A stretch of 64,000 nt of DNA from Candidatus Saccharimonadota bacterium (GCA_016187175.1 JACPKG010000002.1:12922-76921); one strand, 5' to 3'; counted from the first letter of the stretch, positions 46,475-57,869 are shown. Translations and numbers: made by a program. The notes: generated from the sequence alone by a model not told the origin.

Positions 46475-47596
46475 ATGAGAATCAGCAAACCGCAACTGCC
46501 CAAACCGCAAGTCGTTCTAAATGACATTGTCAAAAGAGTCCCTAGTGCGGACTCTTGGGCAGCAATTCCCAAGCAAAAGTACGATAAGCTGAATAAAAAA
46601 TCTAAGCGCCGACTTCTGCGTTGGGGATTGGTGTCTGGCAACATTGCCCTTTTGCTGGGCGTAGGGATTTTTGTGATTGGCCACCGCTCTGTCAGCCAGA
46701 CCATCCGGACTAGCACAGTTAATAGCGCCACTACTACAACTAGTTCGCTGCAGCGCCCTTTGGACCAATTGTCTTCGGCCCAAATTGCCCTGACTGCTGC
46801 CCAGATGACGCGACTGCCGGAGATAAAAGCGGTCCGCGCTCAAGCCGACTCAGACAGTATTTTGTTGGCCATGACACCTAACGACACCACGGTCTTAGCC
46901 AAGCCGCAGATTGTACCAACCGTGCAGCGCTCCAAACAAGCTATTATCCGCTATGAAGCCAAAGCCGGTGACACCATTACTAGTATTGCTAATAAATATG
47001 GCGTGACGGCTGATAGTGTAAGCTGGTCTAACAGCTTGTCTGGTAGTAGTCTTACCGCCGGCACCAAGTTGGTTGTTCCACCTGTTAACGGGCTTGTTTA
47101 TACCGTTAAAGACGGCGATACGCCGGCTAGCCTAGCCCGGCAGTTCCGGGCCGATGAAAGTCAAATTATAACTTATAATGATGCAGAGCTTAGTGGTCTG
47201 ATACCAGGCGAGCAAATCATTATCCCTAACGGCAGCAAAAGCGCGCCCCTGACTTACGGAGTATTTGTTCCCAATTATGGCGGCAACGGCTATGATTTTG
47301 GCTACTGTACTTATTATGCAGCTGCCAGGGTCGCCGTGCCTAATAATTGGGGCAATGCTAATACTTGGGATAATTACGCCGCGGTTTCGGGCTGGACCGT
47401 CAGTAAAGTACCGCGAGCCGGAGCAATTGGTCAAACTAATGCCGGCTGGCTGGGACACGTCGGAGTTGTTGAAGAAGTTTCGGACGATGGCACAATGATT
47501 AAGTACTCAGACATGAATGGTCTGGCCGGTTGGGGACGGGTAGGTTATAGCGACTGGGCACCTGTGACCCGCTTCCAAAACTATCTCTACCAGTAA
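46475..47596 (+). CDS. membrane-anchored peptidoglycan hydrolase: 2x LysM + C-terminal CHAP domain
   Basis: The LysM motifs are DTITSIANKYGVTADSVSWSN and YTVKDGDTPASLARQF. The CHAP region reads YCTYYAA...GHVGVVEEVSDDGTMIKYSDMN. Confidence 0.7.
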   Translation: MRISKPQLPKPQVVLNDIVKRVPSADSWAAIPKQKYDKLNKKSKRRLLRWGLVSGNIALLLGVGIFVIGHRSVSQTIRTSTVNSATTTTSSLQRPLDQLSSAQIALTAAQMTRLPEIKAVRAQADSDSILLAMTPNDTTVLAKPQIVPTVQRSKQAIIRYEAKAGDTITSIANKYGVTADSVSWSNSLSGSSLTAGTKLVVPPVNGLVYTVKDGDTPASLARQFRADESQIITYNDAELSGLIPGEQIIIPNGSKSAPLTYGVFVPNYGGNGYDFGYCTYYAAARVAVPNNWGNANTWDNYAAVSGWTVSKVPRAGAIGQTNAGWLGHVGVVEEVSDDGTMIKYSDMNGLAGWGRVGYSDWAPVTRFQNYLYQ

Positions 47597-47653
47597 CCTA
47601 AAGACTCTGGTCTATCTCTGGACTCTGGACTCTTGACTCGTTACTCTTTAGGT

Positions 47654-48931
47654 ATGACTTTTGTGGATAGGGTGAACGTAACGCTAAAGGCCGGTAACGG
47701 TGGCAATGGCATAGTCAGTTTTCGGCGACGGTTTAGAACCCTAGGTGGTCCTAACGGTGGTGACGGTGGTGACGGTGGTGGCGTTATCCTACGCGCCAGT
47801 CACGACCAGAATACCCTAGCTTCTTTCCGCTACAAAAAACTTTTGGGCGCCGAAAACGGACAACCTGGTCTTAAAGAAAAACGCCACGGTAAAAGCGGCG
47901 CCGACTTAGAAATAGCAGTTCCGGTTGGTACAGTCGTTATGAACAGAGCTGGCGAAATCTTGGCGGATTTGACTGTTGATGGTCACAGACAACTAATTGC
48001 TCGTGGCGGCAAGGGTGGCTATGGCAACGCTCATTTTGTCAGCTCCACCCGTCAGGCGCCACAGGTGGCCGAAAAAGGCGATCCGGGCGAAACACTGCAG
48101 CTGACGCTTGAGCTAAAAATGATTGCCGATGTGGGTATTGTAGGCTTGCCGAATGCCGGCAAATCAACACTACTATCTGTTATTAGTAATGCCAAACCCG
48201 AGATCGCCGATTACCCGTTTACGACTTTGACTCCCAACCTCGGCGTTGTCGATATAGACGGCCAGACTAGTCTATTGTTTGCCGATATTCCTGGTTTGAT
48301 TGAAGGCGCCAGCCGGGGCAAAGGGCTGGGTGATGAATTTCTGCGCCATATCGAGCGCACTAGCGTTTTGGTTCATTTAATCGATCTGTACAGCGAAGAC
48401 ATAGCGCAGGCTTATAAAACAATCATGAGGGAATTGGCCGATTATAAGATAGATCTAAGCATGCGGCCCCAAGTAGTGGCCCTAACCAAAGCCGATGGCC
48501 TTGATAAAAAAAACCTCCAAGTAGCGCTGGCCAAAATTAAAAAAATCGTACCGCGCGGGACACTTGTAATAGCAGTTTCCAGCGTTAGCGGTCAAGGCAT
48601 TAAGGAACTGTTGCGGACTGTAGCAAAACTAGTTGCAAAAAAGAAAGTCCAGGCTGGAAAAAAGGCGGCTAAAGCGGAGCTGCCGGTAATCGGCTTAAAG
48701 GAAGGTGAAGCTATCTGGCATATTCAAAAAACAGCCGATGGTTTTTTAGTAAGCGGTAAAAAAATCGAGCGTTTTGCTACTCGGACGGACTTTAATAATT
48801 ATTACGGACTGCAGCGGCTGCGCGACATAATGCGTAAAATGGGCATAACGGCTGAGCTAGAGCGCCAAGGAATTGAACCCGGTCAAAAAATTACCATTGG
48901 TCAACCGTCTATTGGTACGGTTGAATACTAA
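47654..48931 (+). CDS. obg: GTPase Obg/CgtA
   Basis: An Obg fold GGNGGNGIVSFRRRF...GGPNGGDGGDGG is followed by G1 GLPNAGKST and G3 DIPG, with a C-terminal OCT-like domain. The ATG at 47654 was preferred over the upstream TTG. Confidence 0.85.
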   Translation: MTFVDRVNVTLKAGNGGNGIVSFRRRFRTLGGPNGGDGGDGGGVILRASHDQNTLASFRYKKLLGAENGQPGLKEKRHGKSGADLEIAVPVGTVVMNRAGEILADLTVDGHRQLIARGGKGGYGNAHFVSSTRQAPQVAEKGDPGETLQLTLELKMIADVGIVGLPNAGKSTLLSVISNAKPEIADYPFTTLTPNLGVVDIDGQTSLLFADIPGLIEGASRGKGLGDEFLRHIERTSVLVHLIDLYSEDIAQAYKTIMRELADYKIDLSMRPQVVALTKADGLDKKNLQVALAKIKKIVPRGTLVIAVSSVSGQGIKELLRTVAKLVAKKKVQAGKKAAKAELPVIGLKEGEAIWHIQKTADGFLVSGKKIERFATRTDFNNYYGLQRLRDIMRKMGITAELERQGIEPGQKITIGQPSIGTVEY

Positions 48932-48933
48932 TC

Positions 48934-50391
48934 ATGACGTTTTACTTTTACGATTTGGAGACCAGCGGGACAGACGCCCGGCGAGACCGCATCATGCAAT
49001 TTGCCGGCCAGCGGACTGACATGAATCTTAAGCCGATTGACCAGCCGGACAACGTCTTAGTCAAGCTGACAGACGATGTTTTGCCACAGCCAGACGCCAT
49101 ACTAACCCACGGTATTACGCCGCAAAAAAGCCGAGCCGAGGGAATTTCTGAGGCCGAGTTTTTAAAATTCTTTATGGCTAAAGTTTTCCAGGCTGACACT
49201 ATCATGGTCGGTTTTAACAATATCCGCTTTGACGATGAGTTTATGCGCTTTAGTATGTGGCGTAATTTTTATGATGCCTATGAGTGGCAGTGGAAAGAGG
49301 GTTGCAGCCGCTGGGACCTGCTAGACCTAGTCAGGATAACGCGGGCGCTGCGGCCCGAGGGTATCAAATGGCCGTTTGCGCCGGACGGCCAAGCCAGCGT
49401 GCGCCTGGAGCTGCTGGCGGTAGTTAATAAGCTTGTACATGACAGCGCCCATGATGCGCTTAGCGACGTCCAGGCGTCAATTGCCGTGGCGCGAATGATC
49501 CAAAACAAACAGCCTAAGCTGTTTGATTACCTTCTTCGCCTGCGCGACAAAACAAGAGTAAAAGTACTGGTCGGCAAGGGAGAACCGTTGGTTTATACCA
49601 GCGGCCGCTACCCCGGCGACTATGACAAAACAACAATGGCTGTTGCCGTGGCGCCGCACCCGGACGGGCGGGGTATGTTGATGTATGATCTGCGCATCGA
49701 TCCCAGCGACTATGTAAAATTAGATAGCTCTGAGCTGGCCGCCAGATGGATGGCTAGGGGCGAAGACGCCCCTTACTTTCCCGTAAAGTTGCTTAGCTAT
49801 AATCACTGTCCGGCAGTGGCACCGACGTCGGTTTTAGACGACCAAAGCGCCAAAAGACTGAAGCTAGATAAAGATTTAGCGAACAAAAACCTTAAAAAAC
49901 TTAAGGCGTCCAAGAATTTCAGCCAAAAACTGATCGCGGCTGCCGAAATTGTTTACCCCAAGCGCCAACCGCAACTGGTTATAGACGACCAAAAAGTTGA
50001 CGAACAATTATATGACGGTTTTGTTAATAAGGTAGACCGAGCCAAAATGAGCGTTGTGCGGGCCGCCAAACCCGAAGAATTGTCATCGCTCAAACTCGAT
50101 TTTACTGACGAGCGACTTAAACTGCTACTGCCGCTTTATAAGGCCAGAAACTATCCCCACAGCTTATCGTCTACCGAACAAGGCTGGTGGGAAGCTTTCA
50201 AAACCAAACGCCTGCTGGCCGGCGGCGAGGCCAGCCAGGCCGCCAAATACTTTAAACGTATTGCAGAGTTAAGCCAGCAGACAAGGCGCGCTCAAGAGCA
50301 AAAATACTTACTGGAGGAGCTGAACCTTTATGGCCGGTCAATTTTGCCGCTGGCGCAAAGCCCGAAAATGGTAAATATAAAAGGCAAATAG
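48934..50391 (+). CDS. sbcB: exodeoxyribonuclease I (SbcB-like DEDDh 3'-5' exonuclease)
   Basis: 485 aa. FYDLETSG and HDALSDV are exonuclease motifs. Confidence 0.7.
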   Translation: MTFYFYDLETSGTDARRDRIMQFAGQRTDMNLKPIDQPDNVLVKLTDDVLPQPDAILTHGITPQKSRAEGISEAEFLKFFMAKVFQADTIMVGFNNIRFDDEFMRFSMWRNFYDAYEWQWKEGCSRWDLLDLVRITRALRPEGIKWPFAPDGQASVRLELLAVVNKLVHDSAHDALSDVQASIAVARMIQNKQPKLFDYLLRLRDKTRVKVLVGKGEPLVYTSGRYPGDYDKTTMAVAVAPHPDGRGMLMYDLRIDPSDYVKLDSSELAARWMARGEDAPYFPVKLLSYNHCPAVAPTSVLDDQSAKRLKLDKDLANKNLKKLKASKNFSQKLIAAAEIVYPKRQPQLVIDDQKVDEQLYDGFVNKVDRAKMSVVRAAKPEELSSLKLDFTDERLKLLLPLYKARNYPHSLSSTEQGWWEAFKTKRLLAGGEASQAAKYFKRIAELSQQTRRAQEQKYLLEELNLYGRSILPLAQSPKMVNIKGK

Positions 50392-50738
50392 CTTGAACCA
50401 ATAAGCGTACTTACGGCGCAGCGCAGGCCGCCGGTATAGACGTAGGCTGAGCCAGATGCCCAACATGCCAAAGACTATCTGCCAAAACGACAGTCGGATG
50501 TTTGTGCCGGGCACTTGGCCTAAAATCAGAAGAAAATCAAGCATTTTTACACCTCGCCCGCCTGAACTCGCCGCGGCGAGTTTGCGCGGGCCCAAGAACT
50601 ACTAAAGTAAATTAGATTGTAAAACTTGGTTGTATTTATTGCAAGTATCTTATATCGCTTAAGTTTAGTTGTTTAACTTCTCTTAACTCCAGGAACACTA
50701 GAAAAAAATTGTAATTTTGTGTATAATCGTTCGCCTGC

Positions 50739-53588
50739 ATGGCTGGATTTATATCTATTCGAGGCGCTAGGGAACATAACTTAAAAAATGTTAATCTGGA
50801 GATTCCACGCGAGAAGCTGGTGGTTATAACCGGACTTTCCGGTTCGGGAAAATCTTCCTTAGCCTTTGACACAATTTACGCCGAAGGCCAACGCCGCTAC
50901 GTTGAGTCATTGAGCGCCTATGCCCGCCAGTTTCTAGGTATTATGGAAAAGCCGGATGTCGACCAGATAGATGGCCTTAGTCCGGCCATTAGCATTGATC
51001 AAAAATCCGCCAGCCGTAATCCGCGCAGCACGGTGGCGACCGTTACTGAAATTTATGATTATCTGCGCTTACTGTTTGCCCGGGTCGGCATCCCGCACTG
51101 CCCAGCCCGCCTGCCGGACGGGCGGGTCTGCAGCCAACCGGTAACCCGCCAGACTTCCAACGCTATTTTAGACCAGGTTGTTGAGGCCACCGAAAATTCT
51201 AAGATCATGGTTTTAGCGCCTGTGGTTATAGATAAAAAAGGCGCCTTTGAACATATTTCCGAGCAGTTCCAGCGAGCCGGTTTTGCCCGCACGAGGGTTG
51301 ATGGTGTAATTTACGCCCTGGATGAATTTCCAGCCCTTGATAAAAACTTCAAACACAACATAGATATCGTGGTTGATCGGTTGGTTAATAATGAAGAAAG
51401 CCGCGCCCGGCTGGCCCAAAGCGTTGAACAGGCTCTGGATTTAGCCGATGGCTTGCTAACTATCGTATCCGTCGGCGATGTACAAGGTCAGACCTATCAC
51501 AAGGAATACCATTATTCCTTGAAGTATGCCTGTGTTGACCACCCCGACATAGCCATTCCGGAACTAGAGCCGCGGACATTCAGCTTCAACTCACCGCACG
51601 GCGCCTGTCCGGTTTGCACTGGTCTAGGCAATCGGCTGGAAGTTGACCCTGAGCTAGTTATCCCGAATGGCCGGCTGACGATTGCCGAAGGCGCCATTCG
51701 GCCATTTAACCGTATTACCACTGATGCCTGGTGGATGAAAAAACTGCAGGCCGTGGCTGACAGGTATCGTTTTAGCTTGCACGTACCGACCGGAGAGTTA
51801 ACTAAGAATCAGCTGGATAAAGTTCTTTATGGCACCGGTAACGAAACTTATCGGATTAGCCTTGGAATTGGCCGTTCATTTAACACTACTTATGAAGGTG
51901 TTATCCCAAACTTAGAGCGACGGCACAAAGAAACTGAAAGTGACTTTATCCGCCGCGACATCGAAAAATATATGCAGGAGCGGCCCTGCCACGCCTGTGA
52001 CGGCCAGCGCCTAAAACCGGAAGTCTTAGCCGTTACAGTTGCCGGCCGCTCCATTATGGCTATATGTGAGCTAAGCATCGATAATGCTGTAGAACTTTTC
52101 GAAAATATTAAGCTGGATGTAACCAGCGCCCAAATCGCCAGACAGATTTTAAAGGAAATTAATGCCCGTCTAAAATTTCTTCAGGACGTCGGGCTTAACT
52201 ATTTGACTTTAGCCAGAAGCGCTGTCAGTTTAGCTGGCGGCGAAGCCCAGCGCATCCGCCTGGCGACCCAAATAGGCTCTGGCCTACAAGGTGTGCTCTA
52301 CGTTCTTGACGAACCTAGCATCGGTTTGCACCAACGCGACAATCAGCGTCTATTGGGCACACTGGAACGGCTGCGTGATCTAGGCAACACAGTTATTGTA
52401 GTTGAACATGATGAAGAAACTATACGCAGTGCTGATTTTGTGGTGGATATTGGGCCAGGTGCCGGCATCCATGGCGGCCAGATTGTGGTAACCGGTTCGC
52501 CAGCAGAAGTAGCCAAGGCCAAAAATAGTGTTACGGCCCAGTTTTTGCGTGGCGATAAAATTATCAAGACACCCAAGAAGCGTCGGGTTGGTAGTGGTAA
52601 AACACTAGTTATCAAGGGTGCACGCCACAACAATCTAAAGAACCTTAACGTAACCATTCCGTTGGGCTTGTTAGTTGTAGTCAGTGGTGTTAGCGGTTCA
52701 GGCAAGTCTAGTCTGATAAATGACATTTTGGCGCGTGAGCTTTCGGTCCGTTTGATGCATGCTCAAACTGTTGCTGGCCGGCACGATGACATCGAAGGCA
52801 TTAAGCAACTTGATAAAGCCATTGTTATCGACCAATCGCCGATTGGCCGTACGCCACGCTCTAATCCCGCGACCTACACCGGCGTTTTTACTCCAATCCG
52901 TGAACTTTTTGCGCAGACACCGGAAGCTAAAATCCGCGGTTACTCTCCAGGACGATTTAGCTTTAATGTTAAAGGCGGGCGCTGCGAAAACTGTGCCGGT
53001 GATGGCGTGATCAAAATCGAAATGCACTTTTTACCGGACGTTTATGTGACTTGTGAAGTTTGCCATGGCCAGCGCTACAACCGCGAAGCGTTGGAAATCC
53101 ACTATAAAGGAAAGACTATCAGCAACGTGCTGGAAATGACCTGTGAACAAGCCTTAGATTTTTTTGCCAACATTCCGGCCATTGCCCGCAGGCTGCAAAC
53201 CTTGGTTAGCGTTGGTCTGGGCTATATCACCCTTGGCCAGCCGGCCACAACTCTGTCTGGTGGCGAAGCCCAGCGTGTTAAGTTGGCCACCGAACTCTCC
53301 CGCCGGCCTACCGGACGCACGTTATATATTTTGGACGAACCGACTACCGGCCTGCATATGGCCGACGTTGATAAACTGTTGCATGTCCTGCACGCCCTGG
53401 TTGACGCTGGCAATAGCATGATAGTTATCGAACACAACCTTGACGTTATCAAGTCAGCCGATCATATTATTGATATGGGTCCGGAAGGCGGAGATGCCGG
53501 CGGCCAGGTTATTGCCGAAGGTACACCGGAAAAAGTCATCAAAATCAAAACTAGCTACACCGGCCAATTTTTAAAACAAATTTTATAA
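50739..53588 (+). CDS. uvrA: excinuclease ABC subunit A
   Basis: 949 aa. It has two ABC modules ([24 protein letters not shown]), Zn-finger Cys pairs and an LSGGEAQR signature. Confidence 0.95.
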   Translation: MAGFISIRGAREHNLKNVNLEIPREKLVVITGLSGSGKSSLAFDTIYAEGQRRYVESLSAYARQFLGIMEKPDVDQIDGLSPAISIDQKSASRNPRSTVATVTEIYDYLRLLFARVGIPHCPARLPDGRVCSQPVTRQTSNAILDQVVEATENSKIMVLAPVVIDKKGAFEHISEQFQRAGFARTRVDGVIYALDEFPALDKNFKHNIDIVVDRLVNNEESRARLAQSVEQALDLADGLLTIVSVGDVQGQTYHKEYHYSLKYACVDHPDIAIPELEPRTFSFNSPHGACPVCTGLGNRLEVDPELVIPNGRLTIAEGAIRPFNRITTDAWWMKKLQAVADRYRFSLHVPTGELTKNQLDKVLYGTGNETYRISLGIGRSFNTTYEGVIPNLERRHKETESDFIRRDIEKYMQERPCHACDGQRLKPEVLAVTVAGRSIMAICELSIDNAVELFENIKLDVTSAQIARQILKEINARLKFLQDVGLNYLTLARSAVSLAGGEAQRIRLATQIGSGLQGVLYVLDEPSIGLHQRDNQRLLGTLERLRDLGNTVIVVEHDEETIRSADFVVDIGPGAGIHGGQIVVTGSPAEVAKAKNSVTAQFLRGDKIIKTPKKRRVGSGKTLVIKGARHNNLKNLNVTIPLGLLVVVSGVSGSGKSSLINDILARELSVRLMHAQTVAGRHDDIEGIKQLDKAIVIDQSPIGRTPRSNPATYTGVFTPIRELFAQTPEAKIRGYSPGRFSFNVKGGRCENCAGDGVIKIEMHFLPDVYVTCEVCHGQRYNREALEIHYKGKTISNVLEMTCEQALDFFANIPAIARRLQTLVSVGLGYITLGQPATTLSGGEAQRVKLATELSRRPTGRTLYILDEPTTGLHMADVDKLLHVLHALVDAGNSMIVIEHNLDVIKSADHIIDMGPEGGDAGGQVIAEGTPEKVIKIKTSYTGQFLKQIL

Positions 53589-53592
53589 AGAT

Positions 53593-53910
53593 ATGAAGGA
53601 ACAAGTACCCCCAATCCAAACAAGTCGGGCTACGAAGGCTGACAGGGTAGCAGAAAATTTAGCAAGACTGCGCGAAGCCCAGTCTAACTTAGCCGACCAA
53701 GGCTTAATAGCTGAACGCATAGCAGAGCGCCAAGAGACACTACAAGCACAAATAGATCGGGCACAGCATGTAGTTGAACGGCTTAAAGCAGATTGGCATG
53801 ATGAAACTGCCCACAGAAAACTTGTCGAAGGTGTTTTACGAGAAAAGTTGAGGCTGGCTCGATTACCTTTTGAAATACCAGTTTCTCAAGATAAGCAAAT
53901 AGGGTCGTAG
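53593..53910 (+). CDS. hypothetical coiled-coil protein (105 aa)
   Basis: Only the ORF supports this call. Confidence 0.3.
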   Translation: MKEQVPPIQTSRATKADRVAENLARLREAQSNLADQGLIAERIAERQETLQAQIDRAQHVVERLKADWHDETAHRKLVEGVLREKLRLARLPFEIPVSQDKQIGS

Positions 53911-53932
53911 CCCAAAGATTAGTATCCAGTCT

Positions 53933-54583
53933 TTATTTTTTACGGGCGAAGAAGTGCTGCCAGTCTTCTTTGAGGGCTTTTTTGAGGCGTCGCCTCACAT
54001 CCGGGCTTTTAAGAACCTGGTAGATCATAAGCAACAAGAAAACGTGCGCCGCAATAATTATGCCCCAGAAAAAATATTGATCTACGTCAGGGGCAGCATT
54101 GCCTATTAAATAACCAAGCATGGTTACCGTCACGCCCCAAAGCAGTCCGCCGATAACATTATAGGCTGCGAAGTACGGCCAGCTCATTTTGCCTACGCCG
54201 GCAACGATCGGTGCAAAAGTACGTACAGCCGGGAAGAAGCGGGCTAGAATTATGGTTTTCCCGCCATGTTTTTTGTAGAATTTATCGGCTTTCTCGATGT
54301 ACTCATGCCTAAATAGCAGGCCGTCGTGGCGCTTAAATACAGATGGGCCAAAACGCCTGCCAGTTTGATAACCAACATTATCACCGATAATCGCTGCCAG
54401 CACTATGATAATAATTAAGGGTATGATCGGCAGGCTGCCCTGGGCAGCAAAAAATCCGGCTGTCAGCAGCAGTGTATCGCCGGGGAAGATAAAGCCGAAT
54501 AACAACCCGCTTTCGGCAAAAACGATAAAGGCTATCGCCAGCAAACCGCCGGCTTGGATTATAGACTCGGCGTTTAAAAACAT
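53933..54583 (-). CDS. DedA/TVP38-family membrane protein
   Basis: 216 aa. GFIFPGDTLLLTAGFFAAQG is the DedA signature. Confidence 0.7.
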   Translation of the reverse strand: MFLNAESIIQAGGLLAIAFIVFAESGLLFGFIFPGDTLLLTAGFFAAQGSLPIIPLIIIIVLAAIIGDNVGYQTGRRFGPSVFKRHDGLLFRHEYIEKADKFYKKHGGKTIILARFFPAVRTFAPIVAGVGKMSWPYFAAYNVIGGLLWGVTVTMLGYLIGNAAPDVDQYFFWGIIIAAHVFLLLMIYQVLKSPDVRRRLKKALKEDWQHFFARKK

Positions 54584-54680
54584 ATGTCTATTGTACAGGC
54601 AGGCGACTGTATGACTCTAGGTTGGACGCGCCCTATCTGTTATACTGGTGCGGAACAATGATTTTGGAGATCATATTGAA

Positions 54681-55382
54681 ATGACAGACTTAGATAAACC
54701 TATTGCTTTGCAAAAGCGTACGGTTGTGCGTAAAAGACTGGCTGGCCTGCGCCGCCAAGGTTTAGTGCCGGCTGTGATTCATAACCACGGCCAAGAGTCG
54801 ATTTATGTTACGGCGCCGGAGCTAGAGCTCGGCAGAATCTACCATGAGGCTGGCAAGCACCACCCCCTGCAGCTCAGTGTCGGCGATCAAAACTTTCTGG
54901 TTTTGATTAAAGACGTACATTTTCATCCGGCCAAGCGAAGAATGGACCATGTTGTCTTTCAGGCCATCCGCCGCGACGAAAAAGTCGAAGCCGAAGTACC
55001 AATTCACTTGGAAGGCGAAATTCCGGCCGAGAAAATTGGCTTGATGATTCTGCACCAACTAGACCATGTTGAGGTCGAAGCCCTGCCGCGTAATTTACCG
55101 GACGAACTGAAAGTTGACGCCACTAAATTGGCCGAATTGGGAGATCAAATTATAGTCGCTGACCTTCAGGTACCGGCGGGTGTTGAGGTTATAACCGATG
55201 CCGAGCACCCGATTGCCAGAGTCGTGGAAACTAAAGCCATGGTCGCCGAAGAGGAAGAAGCCGCCGCTGAAGAAGCTGAAGTTGTGGAAGGTGAAGTCCC
55301 TGCCGAAGAAGGAGCGGCTGAAGGCCCAGCCCCCGAAACCAGAGGAGACGAAAGCTCTAGCCAAGAAACACCCCGAGGTTAG
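54681..55382 (+). CDS. rplY: 50S ribosomal protein L25 / general stress protein Ctc form with acidic C-terminal tail
   Basis: RLAGLRRQGLVPAVIHNHGQESIYV is L25-like. The ATG at 54681 follows GGAGA; the ORF track's upstream GTG start is less likely. Confidence 0.65.
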   Translation: MTDLDKPIALQKRTVVRKRLAGLRRQGLVPAVIHNHGQESIYVTAPELELGRIYHEAGKHHPLQLSVGDQNFLVLIKDVHFHPAKRRMDHVVFQAIRRDEKVEAEVPIHLEGEIPAEKIGLMILHQLDHVEVEALPRNLPDELKVDATKLAELGDQIIVADLQVPAGVEVITDAEHPIARVVETKAMVAEEEEAAAEEAEVVEGEVPAEEGAAEGPAPETRGDESSSQETPRG

Positions 55383-55516
55383 TTATACATTAAGAACAAT
55401 CCTATCTTTATGGAAAGACTACCAGTAGCTCAAAATATTCCTCGAAAACTAGCCAGAGGCCAGGAGATCATCGTCCGCTTTCTTAGGGAGGATAGGATGT
55501 ATCCTTTGACATAAAA

Positions 55517-55783
55517 ATGCTAGTCGCAGAAGACAGAGGATACACACTAGAGGCAAATACAATAGTCGACGATGAACATGGTGAAGTTCTGTCTGGCGGT
55601 GGGACAATCTCGAGAGATCAAACCGTTAGCGTAAACGACCGCTGGAGTTTAGACCGAGCTGTTGATGCTTATTCAAAGAGTTTTATAAGTGGTGTTACAG
55701 ACGAAAGTCTGCGGGAGGCTCTGCAGGAGCTTCGGCAGCGGTGGGAGAGCGCCATAGAAACCGAACAGACGTCTACTGAGTAA
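55517..55783 (+). CDS. hypothetical acidic protein (88 aa)
   Basis: Only the ORF supports this call. Confidence 0.25.
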   Translation: MLVAEDRGYTLEANTIVDDEHGEVLSGGGTISRDQTVSVNDRWSLDRAVDAYSKSFISGVTDESLREALQELRQRWESAIETEQTSTE

Positions 55784-55793
55784 CCTCAAACTT

Positions 55794-55817
55794 AAATACT
55801 TGACTAGTCAAGTATTT
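55794..55817. promoter_or_regulatory. perfect 24-bp palindrome AAATACTTGACTAGTCAAGTATTT, a second copy of the marR-upstream palindrome, lying between convergent gene ends
   Basis: The core 20 bp is identical to 20912-20931. Confidence 0.4.
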
Positions 55818-57588
55818 ACTCTTCCAAAAAGCCGCCGGATTGGTGGGCCCACAGCTTGGCGTAAGTGCCTTCGGTCTCCAGTAGTTCTTTATGTGTACCT
55901 TGCTCGGCAATTTTTCCCTCATCTAAAACAATAATCCTGTCCATCCTTTGGATAGTGCTAAGCCGGTGGGCGATAACAATGGCTGTCCGTCCTTCCATCA
56001 GCTTCCAAAGCGCATCTTGAATCAGTTTTTCACTTTCTGAATCAAGGGCACTGGTTGCTTCATCTAAAACTAGTATTGGTGCATTCTTGAGCATGGCCCG
56101 GGCAATGGCTACTCGCTGACGTTGGCCGCCGGAGAGCTTAACACCGCGCTCACCAACGAGTGTGTCGTAGCCGCTGGGCAAGTCTTTTATGAATTCGTGG
56201 GCATGGGCTAATTTGGCCGCCCGCTCAACTTCAGGTTTTTTCGAACAGGGCTTGCCATAAGCGATGTTTTCGGCAATGCTGCGGTGAAACAACAATGGTT
56301 CCTGCGGGACATAAGCCACGTGTGAGCGCAGGTCTGTCTGGGCTACATCCCGGATATCGACACCGTCAATACTCAGTGAGCCGTCTTGAATATCTAGTAA
56401 ACGTAGAATAAGTTTAGTGATAGTTGTTTTACCACCACCACTATGGCCAACCAGACCAACTCGCTGGCCACCTGGGATATCTAGTGAAAAATTAGATAAG
56501 ATTGCACCATTTTTAGCGTTGTCATAGCCGAATCTAACCTGGTCGAATTTAATCGACCCATCCGTTATTTTAAGTTCTTTGGGCTGCTTGGGATCTTTAA
56601 TCTCAGCTTCCAGCTGCAGAATTTCGGTCATGTCGGCAGCATCACCCAAAGCCTTGTTGATATTTCTAATGACCCTACCGAACTGCCATAGCCGGCCGGT
56701 AATGGCCTGCGTATAAGCAACAGCTAGCACCAAAACACCAACCGGTGCATTGAAGGTTGTAATAGCCAAAACACCAGAGACCACAGCCACAATATTAATT
56801 GTAGCCGTCATGCTGTGGCTCATGATTTCAGTCTTCATGCCGTAGCGCATCAGGTTGCGGCTAGCTTCGTACTTACGCTGCGAAGCTTGGGCGAAGCGCC
56901 TGAACTCGTATTTTTCGGCAGCAAAAGTTGAGATGGCATTGATGTTGGTTATGGCGTCAGCCAGGGCGGCTGTCTGCTCGCTTTGACGGGAAGCCTCTTT
57001 ACGGTTATAGGGTATTTGGCCACGGGCCCGCCGATAGATAATTAGCAGGTACGTAGCCGTAATGAATAGGAGAATAAAAGCGTAGGCTTTGGATACGAAT
57101 AACAGAAAAATAACCGAAGAAACTACGGCTGTAATACCAGTCACAATACTCCAGATAAAATCGTCCATTAAGTCCTCATAAGAATTGATGAAACGGTTGG
57201 TCTGAGTCACTAGCGCTCCACCAAAACGGTTGCTGTGGAACCGATAACCTTGGTGCTGCAGAAAATTAAAGACGCGGTTAGCAATATCACGCAAAACCTT
57301 GATCTCAAAAAGCCAAACACAGATAACTTGAACCCGCCACAAAACTACCCCAGCCAACATAAAGGCCACAAAGGCGACTATATAGCCCGAAAGATCTGAA
57401 AATGCCAAATGGTCACCACTGCTATAGGTATTTTGCAGAACATTAAAAACCTTAGCTACTATAAAAGGTGGAACAATGTCTTGGATAATTACAGCCAGGA
57501 CCGCACCAATAGTGCCGGCCAAGAACAGCAGCTTATGAGCTTTGGTATGCTGCCAATAAAGTCGAATTGTCTGGCGGGTCGTGGACAT
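55816..57588 (-). CDS. ABC transporter, fused permease/ATP-binding (MsbA/exporter type)
   Basis: 590 aa with 6 TM helices. Walker A GHSGGGKTT, the LSGGQRQR signature and Walker B ILVLDEATSALD are present. Confidence 0.8.
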   Translation of the reverse strand: MSTTRQTIRLYWQHTKAHKLLFLAGTIGAVLAVIIQDIVPPFIVAKVFNVLQNTYSSGDHLAFSDLSGYIVAFVAFMLAGVVLWRVQVICVWLFEIKVLRDIANRVFNFLQHQGYRFHSNRFGGALVTQTNRFINSYEDLMDDFIWSIVTGITAVVSSVIFLLFVSKAYAFILLFITATYLLIIYRRARGQIPYNRKEASRQSEQTAALADAITNINAISTFAAEKYEFRRFAQASQRKYEASRNLMRYGMKTEIMSHSMTATINIVAVVSGVLAITTFNAPVGVLVLAVAYTQAITGRLWQFGRVIRNINKALGDAADMTEILQLEAEIKDPKQPKELKITDGSIKFDQVRFGYDNAKNGAILSNFSLDIPGGQRVGLVGHSGGGKTTITKLILRLLDIQDGSLSIDGVDIRDVAQTDLRSHVAYVPQEPLLFHRSIAENIAYGKPCSKKPEVERAAKLAHAHEFIKDLPSGYDTLVGERGVKLSGGQRQRVAIARAMLKNAPILVLDEATSALDSESEKLIQDALWKLMEGRTAIVIAHRLSTIQRMDRIIVLDEGKIAEQGTHKELLETEGTYAKLWAHQSGGFLEE

Positions 57589-57796
57589 AGCAGCAGCCTC
57601 CTGACTGCGCCGCTTATTTACTAATTATTTCTTCAGTTTTTATTAAAAGATTTTAGGGTCCGAAAGTAGCGACTCCATGATCTGACCCTTTGTAACTATT
57701 TTCATTTTTGGCCGCTCCTTTCTCCCTGTTAATCCGTAATGTTAAGCAGTTTAACACTTTAAGTTCACCTTAGCAAACTTTTTATGGCGGGGCTGC

Positions 57797-57832
57797 TCCT
57801 ACAAAAATCAGCGATCGCTGATTTTTGTAGGA
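57797..57832. promoter_or_regulatory. perfect 34-36-bp palindrome (T)CCTACAAAAATCAGCGA|TCGCTGATTTTTGTAGG(A) in the divergent region upstream of uvrC
   Basis: Read directly from the sequence. It is a candidate operator. Confidence 0.4.
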
Positions 57833-57869
57833 CTTCTGGCCTGGAGCGTTGAAGGGTTAGAATAGGAAT

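Noticed and set aside
50338-50595. ORF 50338-50595 (minus) as a small membrane protein
   Set aside because: It overlaps the last ~50 nt of sbcB and lies in the uvrA upstream region. The hydrophobic stretch could be real but there is no RBS or start support, so it is left uncalled.
51486-51501. Full REP insertion in uvrA
   Set aside because: Only one arm (GGTCAGACCTATCACA) is present with a mismatch. It may be native UvrA sequence (…GQTYHKE…), so it is kept as a possible half-site only.
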